From assembly GCA_034780895.1 (NCBI GenBank), contig JAUZTB010000066.1, positions 30,550,099-30,614,098 on the forward strand: a stretch of DNA of 64,000 bases, given 5' to 3'. The notes under the pieces are model-generated. The model was not told the DNA's origin. It was given only the letters and a program-made list of their open reading frames with translations, and ran no database searches. Shown here piece after piece: positions 53,400 to 64,000 of the stretch. The DNA is from Rhynchobatus australiae. Its lineage: Eukaryota. Both the position numbers and the translations under genes were made by a program. Each line of letters opens with the position of its first letter. The first letter of the stretch is position 1.

Positions 53400-53720
53400 G
53401 CAGACTGGCAATTTTAAACAGAGTATTGAACTATCAGAGGTGGAGTCTTTTTCAGATGAGATAGTAAACTGTGTAAGTGTCTGCGCTTCTCAGGTGGGCA
53501 GCTCCCAAGGCAGAATAAAGCACAGTATCTTTATGGTTGATCTGGCAATATTCAACCATAACAAAGACCAAACACCTAGTCATATACCTTCTGTGGTTTG
53601 TGAGACCTTGCCTCCAGTAAATTGGTTGCTACAGTTCCCAAGCTTACGACAGTGATTAATAAAAAAAAGCTTTAGTGGACGTGAAATGCTTTGCAAAATC
53701 CTAAACTTTGAAAGGCATTA
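53400..53720 (+). mobile_element. Ancient Deu-domain SINE, decayed
   Basis: tcagaggtg..tctttttcagatgagatagtaaac..gtttgtgagaccttgc..aaattggttgct..acagtga. Similar 3' parts occur at 13885-14030 and 31640-31770. Confidence 0.55.
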
Positions 53721-54026
53721 AACAAATTAGAATTTTCTGAATGTGTGCAAGTCCATAATGAGGCTTGTACAATGGCCAAAAAAAAAGCACATTTCAAAAT
53801 AATCTATATATGCAGAATCCCCATAGTACAATTTTAAAAGAAGTTCTGAATAAACAATCTTAAAATTTACAGATTTAAATTGTTGTGAAATTATTCAACA
53901 CTTCCCATATTTCAATACTATATTTTAAATTTGACAAGTCTCATCCTAAACAGAGATTTATAAAAACACAAGACCTAGTGCACCCCTTCAAAGTCATACA
54001 GATAAATGAAACAAATCCACCCTTAC

Positions 54027-54190
54027 TTTGCAACTTGTTTATGAGCCAACTGAGTTGTTTTTTCGAGACATTTGTCCAGCTAAGGTCTAGTATGATGGGC
54101 TGCCTCCTGATGATCCCACTCAGCATTGTTGGAGTGATCGATTTGCAGCGGCTCAAGTTAATGGTGGTCCACAGCCGCTTGTCACAACAC
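54027..54190 (-). CDS. FBXL19: KDM2/FBXL19-family coding exon, (W)[54 protein letters not shown] (F-box end / LRR start)
   Basis: Minus-strand tttgcag acceptor and GTAAGG donor; 164 nt, phase 2/1. Family assignment is secure; paralogue assignment rests on diagnostic residues and linkage to BCKDK. Confidence 0.9.
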
Positions 54191-55673
54191 CTGCAAACAT
54201 TAAATGAAACCAGCCAGTGAAACCAAGCAGTGCGCTCGTTAAAAGTTACCAAATACGTTACTTTTACAAAATAGCACCATTACATGTAGTTTCAACAAAC
54301 AAAAAGGAACATAAATTCTGTCCTTGAAAGGATGCTAAATTCTTATTACACCAGCAGACCTTCCAACAGTCATTTGTAGCACTGGCCAGCGATTACATTA
54401 AAGCAGAAAAGNNNNNNNNNNNNTAACAGTGTAGGTGTTCACATCTGAATGTCTTATTGCATATGGTTTGTAGCTAAAAGGAAATAATCTACTATTGTTT
54501 AACTGCACATGTTCAAAGAAATTTGAAATATATAATAGAAACTCATCCATTTTAGGACTGGAGAATGTCCATGAAGCTTTACTATTATTACAATTAGCAC
54601 ATAATATTACAATAACTTTTCCAAAATATATAACACATCCTTTGTTACAATGTATGATTTTTAGAAGGCATATTACTATGCAAGTTAGAATCAAAACATG
54701 ACAAAGCGCCCAATGTTTACATTGTACGGTGCAAAGTAAATAGACATCCAAACTCCATTTAAAAATAATAATCCGAGATGATGCAAAGTTAACTACAGAA
54801 ATTCAGTTCAACATATCTTCCATATCAATAGCATTTAAAAGCTAAACCAAGAACTTAAAATCTATAATCTTTTGGTATTACTCATTAACTACAACACTTA
54901 ATTCTTAAGATTTATAAAATCATGTGACCCAGTATACATTTTAGGTTTGGTTCATTCAGGTGCATGAATACTAAAAAGCAAAAAAAAGGTTAGGTCAGTT
55001 GCAGTTTAAAACTGCTCATTCACAAATTTTGCTGAGGAATCAACTTGTTCAGCTGCATCATCAAATTTCTGTTCCACTTCTGCCGGTGTTTTACCTCTGC
55101 TGACCAGAACCATAATGGTGCAGCGGCAGCTGTATTTTCAGTAAAAAGCAACTAACAGGGAACTGAAGCTACTTCTGTGCATTTTCAGCTTTATAATTCT
55201 GCAATAAATGCACACAGAAACAAAAGTCATCTTGATTTCTGGCCAATAAATGGGGTGACACCCATATTTAAGGAACAATATCACAAAAATGTGCTTGATA
55301 TTTATTATTACCAACAATAATTTCCGGTTTCTCTAGCATGCAATGGCAAAACTGGAATGCAATCCACAGTTCACCAGTAAGTGGCAGCAGTTATATAGTA
55401 GCAGTAATTTATGCAGCAAGTTAGCTGACCAATTATGCCACAGATTAAATGTCAACAANNNNNNNNNNNNNNNNNNNNNNNNNNNNNNNNNNNNNNNNNN
55501 NNNNNNNNNNNNNNNNNNNNNNNNNNNNNNNNNNNNNNNNNNNNNNNNNNNNNNNNNNNNNNNNNNNNNNNNNNNNNNNNNNNNNNNNNNNNNNNNNNNN
55601 NNNNNNNNNNNNNNNNNNNNNNNNNNNNNNNNNNNNNNNNNNNNNNNNNNNNNNNNNNNNNNNNNNNNNNNNN

Positions 55674-55905
55674 CTGTCCACTCTATCTATTCCTCTCAAT
55701 ATCTTGTATACCTCTATCATGTCTCCCCTCATCCTCCTTCTCTCCAAAGATTAAAGCCCTAGCTCCCTTAGTCTCTCCTCATAATCCATACTCTCTAATC
55801 CAGGCAGCATCCTGGTAAATCTCCGCTGCACCCTTTCCAACGCCTCCACATCCTTCCTATAATGAGGCGACCAAAACTGGACACAGTACTCCAAGTGTGG
55901 TCTTT
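55674..55905 (-). mobile_element. Well-preserved CR1 fragment next to a gap
   Basis: ERRRMRGDMIEVYKILRGIDRVD; [33 protein letters not shown] readable on the minus strand. Confidence 0.9.
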
Positions 55906-55949
55906 GTCACCTTTAGACTCAACTATTCCAATATTTTCTTAACCACGCC

Positions 55950-57120
55950 CACCTTGCACCCTCCATAGATTGGAGCTCTTCCAAAATTGCTCCGCATACC
56001 TTACCCTGCATCAAGTCCCATTTGCCCATCACTGACTTATGCTGAATACTGGACCAGCAATGTTTCAAATTTTACAAATTCTTATCCATCCATGGCTCTG
56101 AGTTGTTTGGGTTTTGATGTAGTTGATTAGCAGCACAGTGAACCTAGTTGTTGGAGTATGCTCCATCCAGGCAAGGTCCCTGGCCTGCACTGCTACTATC
56201 AGGTCATGGATGTGGATAAAGCTCCGTGTGTTTGGACAGATCAGTTGTTCACTGGAGCAGGGCTTTACAATATACTTCCAGGTAGGCTGACACATTGCAA
56301 GATTTTCTTCTGATTTTGACATAAAAGGAGTAGTTTTACACAGCATGTAGATCAATTGGACCAGATGACTGTCCTTTGCCATCTCAAAGATCTTCCAAAG
56401 CAATATTCAATGAGTGGCAGAGTCACATGTTACCAAGAGGCTGATAAAAGTAACCCCATTTACTAGAGACACAAGAGATTCCACAGATGCTGGAATCTGG
56501 AGCAATACACACAGAATGCATCTCAGCAGGTCAGGCAACATCTATGGAGGGAAATAAAGAGTCAATGTTTCAGGTTGAGACCCTTCATTGGAACTCTACA
56601 GTCGACTAGAAGTACTTGTTGAATTGGGTGAGATTCAGTGCTTGGCTAGTGCACAAGTTGCCTTTCTGGATGAGCTACTTTTCTAGAATGAGTGTGTGTT
56701 GATTTGCTCAAAGTTTGTGGGAATGGTAAAGCATTGAAACTGTTCAAAAGCTCTTTGGATCTGAAGGATCTTCACTCAGTTTTAGTAGTGCAGGAATACA
56801 AATTCATCACCAGACCTCAAATGAACAAACAGATCTCGAGCAGGTGTTGAACACTCTTAGCAGCCAATCACTCACTACTGATCCCAATTTCTTTGTCTGT
56901 TTAGTGCGAGTTGTTACTATGAAGGCATTTTTCCCCCATTTCAGCTGGTATGAAGTGGTTATTGAAATTGTTTACTTTATGTCCTCATTGCAGTTTTCTT
57001 TTCTGCAGTTTGTTTGGGGTTTTGCCATTTTCAAGTAGCTCTTTAGCTTTCGCAGTGTAGCATCGTTAAGCTTTCTAGGACTCATTGCTCAGCTTTCTAA
57101 CTGTCAAACAAGCTTTGTTC
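55950..57120 (-). mobile_element. Decayed non-CR1 non-LTR retrotransposon RT (Ingi/Vingi-like)
   Basis: Frameshifted minus-strand motifs DWLLRVFNTC, ALLKLSEDPSDPKSF, ILLWKIFEMAKDSHLVQLI, PNTRSFIHIHDLIVAVQ (decayed SFIYADDL). Confidence 0.55.
56465..56595 (-). repeat. Same repeat family, inserted in an older LINE
   Basis: cagatgctggaatctggagcaa..cagcaggtcaggcaacatctatggaggg..gtcaatgtttcaggttgagacccttcat. Confidence 0.75.
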
Positions 57121-57139
57121 CTGTTATGAAATGTCTGAG

Positions 57140-57465
57140 TTTTCTATCCAGTTTGTCAAATGCTAGAGGACATAGCTTTAAGGTGGGAGGGGAAAAGTTC
57201 ATAAGAAGATGTACAAGCCAATTTTTTAAAAAATACACACACGCGCGCACACACAGTGGTGGGTGCCTGGAATGCACTGCCAGGGGAGGTAGTGGAAGCA
57301 GATACGATAGCAACATTTAAAAGGCATTTAGACAGGAGCATGAACCAGCAGGGAATAGAGGGATATGGACCACGTTGAGACGAATGGGATTAGTTTAAGT
57401 TGGCATCCTGGTCAGCACAGTCATGGTGGGCTGAAGGGCCTGTTCCTGTGGTGTACTGTTCTAAA
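57140..57465 (+). mobile_element. CR1-like LINE 3' end
   Basis: SNARGHSFKVGGEKF; tail gggctgaagggcctgttcctgtggtgtactgttcta. Confidence 0.85.
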
Positions 57466-58079
57466 ATGACTTATGCAATTGGACTGAAAAGAACAAGTTG
57501 TTTTTTTCCTCTTTCCAATGATTTCTGCTGCTAAGTATGGGTTTTGTACATTTGACTGTAGTTGTTGTATTAGTGGCCAGGTCCAATGAGAGTCTCAGCA
57601 TTCAGTGTGCTTGACAACCCTGTGGAATTGGTTTCTTGGCAGTGTATTTCACTTCATTTACAAACCACTCTGATTTGTGTGCAAGGTTTGTTGCCTACTG
57701 CTACTTTAAAGGTAAACAAATCACAGGCCAGCCTTTTCCACATGAAATGAAAAGCTAACCATCAATTAGACTGGCATCCATTTCACTGCCAGGATGAACC
57801 CAATTCGCTCTGAACAGCCTTAGACCACACACTCTCTTACAACAAACACACCGAGAAAGTGAAAAGTGAAGTCAATGCCCAAAACATCTTCCAGACCTTG
57901 CAAGTTCAAAATGGAGGGCACACCCACGCATGGTCAGATCCTTCACACTAACCCCAGTGCTGTCTGCACTTACCCAGTGTGGGAGTGCTGTGCCCACACA
58001 AAAATAAGTCAATCTAGTGCATAGAAGCAGCTGCAGAATCACTACCGGCTGTCTCACCAATGAACAGCATCATGACGTA

Positions 58080-58285
58080 CTGTCTGCTACAGGAACTCAG
58101 CCGGTCAAGCAGCTTCTGCAGGAGAAAAGGAATTGTTGACATTTCAGGTCAAACCCTGCATGCAAGGTTTCGACCTGAAATGCCAACAATTCCTTTCCCC
58201 TGTCCCCTGACCACCTCACCGATGCTGCTCAACCCACGGTGTTCCTCCAGCAGACTCCAGCATCTGCAGTCCCTCATGTCTCCAT
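58080..58285. repeat. Foldback copy with near-perfect central palindrome
   Basis: aaaggaattgttgacatttcaggtcaaaccctgca|tgcaaggtttcgacctgaaatgccaacaattccttt. Confidence 0.8.
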
Positions 58286-59364
58286 GTTGGACATCCTCAC
58301 TGAAATAGCATCACCAAATAAGCAGAGAGCTGCAGTCATTCAAAGAGAAATGAAATAGCAAATAGAGGATGCCAGACACCTCTGCGTGCTCACAACACGG
58401 CAGAAAACACCTCAAGTCATGCAGGGGTTTCCTCAAAACAACACGGGTAGCCAAAATTCCTGATGCAGTCTGCAGCATGGAGCTGTAGTGGGTGCGACCT
58501 TGTCACTGGGCTCCGCATGAACATTAGGGTGACTAAACAGCTTGTCATGTGGGCAGAAGAGAAGTGGATCACCTGGAAGGCCCTACACACACCCACATAG
58601 AAGTTGGCTGGGCTCGAGCTGACCTGGTGAAAAGGGGTTGGGCTACAATACCAGAGACCCATGATTGTGTTAAGAGGCAGACTGTGCAAGAGCTTCTGGT
58701 GGGCCAACACATGTACAATTCAGGACAGCTCATGTTACAGTTCAGGAACTCATGAGCTTTGCACTCTACCAATCAATGCTGGAAGTACACGAGAAGATGA
58801 CAATCTATAACGTCAGCCTTCCATGATCTCTGTACTCATGACCTACTATGCATTTCAAATTTTAATTCTACCAATCATTGACAATGTTTCTAACTCTATA
58901 ATATTTTCCCTAAAGCTCTTCCTTGCTTATGTCTCTCGCAACACTCCTTAAAGCTTCCTTATTGTAGTGAGATGCGAGTGTAAACTGTCAGTATTGTTGA
59001 GGACTAGTTGAAAGCCAATGTAATTCAGAGTGTTATTGAAGGAGCACTTTGAGATTTATTATTACATTCAAAATGCACTTTTTTTTGAAGACCAGAGTTC
59101 ACTTGGTATCCTGCATATTACTGATGTCAACCAAAAATTGCCAGAACAGATTACCTGNNNNNNNNNNNNNNNNNNNNNNNNNNNNNNNNNNNNNNNNNNN
59201 NNNNNNNNNNNNNNNNNNNNNNNNNNNNNNNNNNNNNNNNNNNNNNNNNNNNNNNNNGAACAGATTACCTGCTCATAATTACTGTCTTTGAAACCTTACT
59301 AACTGCAAAGTGCCTGTCATATAATCGCACATTATTGCAACTAAAGTACTCTTCAATTGTTTTG

Positions 59365-59560
59365 GCACAGTGGCGCAGAACTTAGACTACTGCCTCTCAG
59401 CTCCATGAATTTAGTTCTGACTTCAGGGGTCATCAGTGTAGAGTTTCATGTTCTGTGACCTTGTGGTTTTTTTTGAAACCAGGTTCAATTGGTTTCTTCC
59501 CACATTCCAAAGTAGTACTAGTAGGTTAAATAGCCACTGGAAATTACCCTTTAATTAGCT
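59365..59560 (+). mobile_element. Degenerate V-SINE
   Basis: ggcacagtggcgcag head and ggtttcttcccacattccaaag V-domain remnant. Confidence 0.6.
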
Positions 59561-60879
59561 GAAGGACACGAGAAAGAAAGCAAGTTGCAGGGCCACAGGA
59601 AAAGGAGGAAGGGAAATAGCACTGATGAGATTTCTGCATTACATGGAACAAAGAAGGCATCACCAGATGGGCTGTTTGGTCTCCATCTGAATCATACTAA
59701 ATATGTACATTATAGCTTTGACATGCCTTGTGGCTCCATAAATGCAAGGTGTTTTTGCTCTTTAGTTTGCAACAGAACTTTAAATTAACAAGCTCTTCTG
59801 ATGTTCCTACACAAGCTTATCAGTTCATTAAACAACCTCACTGGCACTGAAACAGTAGTCTCTTCTGTAAACATTCTGTAATGTAATTTGTTAAGACAAC
59901 CCTTATTGCTTGCCCTGTTCACACAAGTCCTGGATGCTTTTTTTAAGGGCATGGTGGTGTTTGGACATTAGTCAGAGAAAAATAAGATGCAAAAGCCCAT
60001 AAAAAAGGCCAATGAAACTCTAAGACCTTGTAGCTCATAACAAGATCTGGATTATAATAACAAAAAATTATATTTGCAATAGAGACTACAATTAGACCAT
60101 GCTGTTTATGTGAAAATAGAACACCAAAATAGACTTGCTAACACTAATGGTTTGTCTCTGAGCTGTGGGACGCTGCATCTTTAATTCATCGTGTATCATC
60201 TTAAACAATGGTTTGGATTTTCTGATTGGGGTGAAGGGAATATGAACCTACTCAGAACCTATCATCAAAGCTGCACTGAACCACTTGACTTGGATTTGCT
60301 CTTTTCCCACGTCAGGTGCAGACTACTGTAGACTATTGTAATCATTAGCACTAATAACATTACCAAACTGGTTTAGCAACAAATCACTCTGAAGAATTCT
60401 GACAGGCACTAATTTTGAATAAGCTTTTAAATGTGTTAGAGAACAAATTAAAGAATCTGGACACATCAACCTATATAAAAAAATTAAAAATAAAAAATTA
60501 TGGAATTATCAGAGAATGGAGGGGAAAAAAAATCATACTAATACAATAAGATTTTCATGTCTAGAGACATTTTGAGCAGTAAATGTGTCGTGCTGGTTTG
60601 CCATGGGGNNNNNNNNNNNNNNNNNNNNNNNCCCCCCAAATCAGTGATGGCAAATTCTGGATTTCAGTATTTAACTGCACACATCAAAATATGCCAACAT
60701 CAAAAGTTGTATTAGCTTCACAGAAAAAAGAAGTGGCAAATCTCAACATTAAAACCACATATTCCAGCCGAATAAATGTCCAGTAGTTCTTCTTAGTCCC
60801 TCTGCTTAGTGCCAGAATGAACTTGTGGAATCCTTCAATAACCACAAGAATATAACAAAGGAGCAACCCATAGAGTATC

Positions 60880-61255
60880 CATAGCTCTTTGGGGATAAAG
60901 AACTAAAATATTCACATCCTTCCTCCTCAGTTAACAGCCAGTAGCAACCCTTTATCTTGAATCTATCTCCACTGTTCCAGATTCCCCACCAGGGAAGACA
61001 TTTCACAGGTGTTTACCTAGTCAAGCCACTCAGAACCTTGCATAAGTTCTCTTCTCATTCTTCTACATTCCAGTGATTGCTGGTTAAACCTATTCAACCT
61101 TTCTTCATAAGACAACACATTGACCCCTGCAATCAATCTGGTGAACCTTCTCTGCACTGCCTCCAAATCAAGTACATTTTTCCTTAAATAGAGAGACTAA
61201 ACCTGTACACAGTACTCCAGATGTAGTCTGACCAGAGTACTGCACAGTTATAGCA
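60880..61255 (-). mobile_element. Decayed CR1 fragment
   Basis: aatcaatctggtgaaccttctctgcactgcctcc..cctgtacacagtactccagatgtagtctgacc. Confidence 0.7.
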
Positions 61256-63109
61256 GCTTAACAGCTGGGTAATTAGAAGCCTGCCATAGCTAACCCCAAT
61301 TTTGGTGGCTTTAAGAGAAGTATCAATTGAAATAGAAGTGACAATAGTATGAGCACCTGCCCTGCCTCAAATCAGATTCCAGCCATTCATTTCCATGATT
61401 CAGCAGAACTCCAATCATGTCAACAAAACACCTGGTTAAGATACATGTTGGAACTCCACTCTGAAAACCCTGAATACAAAGCAGATGAATTTGAAAGCAA
61501 CATTTCTTAAATGGGCTATGGCTTTTCACTTACCAACCTAAGACATCTTCCCATCAACTGGTCTGTCTTATGTATTCCCTCAAATACAAATAAAGCCATT
61601 CACAAAATATATCCAAAGTCTGATTACTTATATAGATAGGTTGATCCCTTGTTTGTTAGAGTACTAGCCTCAATAATGCATATATTACTTAGAAGGGAAA
61701 GCACAAGTCCATCAGAGGTTACAATACTGGCANNNNNNNNNNNNNNNNNNNNNNNNNNNNNNNNNNNNNNNNNNNNNNNNNNNNNNNNNNNNNNNNNNNN
61801 NNNNNNNNNNNNNNNNNNNNNNNNNNNNNNNNGCATTACCACAAACCTCCTCAAAGATTTTTTTTATAAAATTAAATAGGACACAGTTTTAATTTTTCAA
61901 AGTAATCCCAAGCTGAGATGATGCATTCATATCTCAAGGATGTTCAATATTTTTCTTTTACACAAATGAGTACAAAGATAGGGTTGGTTGATTTTTAATC
62001 AATAATATGACAAATTACATGCAAGGTTCAGTATGAGGAACTGTTTTAGTTCAAGTTAATAATTATGCAAAAAAGTTGCAAGAGCATTTCAAGATATTCC
62101 ACTGGCCTTGACCAGGACACGAGAACTACAATGTCTAGGCTTTTTTTTAAAATTAAAATGAAAAATATTCAAATGAATTAAACCTTGGTTTTAGGAATTT
62201 TAAACACACTCAAATATTTCTGCCTTCTTCAAAAATAATACTAAAATGCAAGCAGCTCACAGTGGCTCAAGTGTAGAGTGGAATTATTAGGTTGTAAAAC
62301 AGTTATTTATTCACACAAGGAAATGGAACTAGAGGAGCTCACAAACATCAGAACTACAACCCAATTATGTTATTTGTTTCAAAATTCCCTTCCCCCAAAT
62401 ACCCATATCATGAATACTCAGGAGGAGCAGAAAGGTTGGAGTTCTTGCACTGAAACTAGCAACTATCCAGAATAAATTAGACCTCAAATCCAGGTGCCGT
62501 GCAACAACTCTGTACCATCTACCCTCAAAGCAGAGTTTAACTGTTTTTAACTATAACATGAGCAGACACTGCAGCTCAAAATAACCTTAGAATGATGGTT
62601 CAGGAATAGCTACCAAGGCATTACAGCTCACTTCTCCAGCAGTATATCTGATGGTGGTGCATCACTGCAGCTCCCTGCTCCCTCCAGACCTTGCAATGAA
62701 ACAAAAACCCGACACTACTGGAGGACCGTGAGGTCATTAAAGCACATTCTGTAACACAAAATATATTACATATAGCCTGCATTTCCTATCATGCTTTCAA
62801 CATGCACATGTGTGCCATCCTTCAAAACAAAAGGAACAATATGTAGGACAAACTCAGCAGCAAGTGAAAACATTGGACTCAAAATGGCCATAGATTCTTA
62901 CCTGATATTTGAATTTAGACTTGAAAAAGCAAAAACAGAATTCTGACCAATAAACAATCAAATACTGTAGTCAGAAATTCTATTTTGTAATCTTAAAAGA
63001 CAGTGCTAAAACTGAACAGCAGAATAATACATGACATGGTCAACTACTTGTCATAATGAAGCAAAATATCATCTAATATGATGCACAACATCACAGGAGA
63101 TCTATCCAC

Positions 63110-63710
63110 CAAAGAACCATACAAGTAGAAGAGTAGGAGACCATTTAGTCATGTCTATGGCAGTCAAAAATGAGAGCCACCAACATTAACCCCAAGTTCC
63201 CTCATTGGGGGTTTTCAAATGAGATCAGGTTTTCTGCCACTACCACTGTCAGGCAGTGCTTTCCTCCCATCCTCTTCATCTCCCAGCCTACTAATTTTTT
63301 CGTAAGTACACTCCTTCCTGATTCTCGACTCCTCTGCTTTGGGGAATAGGTGTTTCCTATTTGCACTATTTAGGCCCTTTATAGTTTTTGACACCAAGTC
63401 TCCCCCTAGCCTCCTCAGCTAGGGGAAAACAGCCCCAATTTATCCAATCTTGTATATATAATTTTCTATCCCTGGCAGTATCTTTGTTAATCTCCTCTAC
63501 AATCACATATTTATCAGTAATATGGTCACTCATACCAAAGGTAGTACTCAAGCTCTGGTCCAACTAGTTTTACATTATATTCTACTATAACCTCCCTACT
63601 GTTAAATTCTATGCTTCAGCTGATAATGGGAAGTGGCCTATATACCTCATTGACTTGAACTGCTGCATTTAAGGAACTATGGACATTAATGCCAAAGTCC
63701 ACTGATATAC
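63110..63710 (-). mobile_element. Decayed CR1-like fragment
   Basis: agtaggagaccatttagtc tail, caagtctccccctagcctcc, ctataacctccctactgttaaattctatg. Confidence 0.6.
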
Positions 63711-64000
63711 TAAAAATAAAATTATTAGTATGAGCAGATCTTGTTCAGAATCACTGGAGGTACAATTAAGCCATGAGGAAGACATGAAAATTTACAAAGT
63801 GTATCTCAAGATTTATTTTATTAATAATACTGCAGAGCTCAGCATCAGGAATTGGGAATTTCAGTGTCATCTTTTTAGTGCTTGTTGACTGCTGAATCTG
63901 TCAGCAAGTCCCAGGCTTTCAATTTATGCACAGATTAGTACTGCTGCAACTTCAGTTTGAATCAATGAAAGGCAGGGGCTCCATCTGGAACTGTTATATT

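Noticed and set aside
54191-64000. Upstream F-box/PHD/CXXC exons of the minus-strand gene
   Set aside because: No matching peptide found by eye or in the ORF track; they presumably lie beyond the window, so none are annotated.

Overview
Vertebrate nuclear DNA, almost certainly from a cartilaginous fish; the SINE, LINE and Penelope families suggest a ray/sawfish-like batoid (inference). Two genes lie tail to tail. On the + strand are the last 8 coding exons of BCKDK (branched-chain keto-acid dehydrogenase kinase; 386-32796; 286 aa in window; all introns GT-AG with a continuous frame). On the - strand are the last 4 coding exons (end of F-box plus LRRs; 54190-44983) of a KDM2/FBXL19-family gene, most likely the FBXL19 orthologue. 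Both 5' ends lie outside the window. The introns are full of decayed CR1/L2, RTE, Vingi-like and Penelope fragments, V-SINEs and Deu-domain SINEs. The most interesting non-coding signal is a family of short Penelope-terminal-repeat derivatives with minimal hammerhead-ribozyme-like cores, often as inverted pairs; one copy has an 11-bp target-site duplication. Most ORFs in the supplied track are spurious, TE-derived or span N gaps. I see no clearly new biological system, and the findings below are leads, not discoveries. Comparisons with human proteins and repeat consensuses are from memory, not from a database search.
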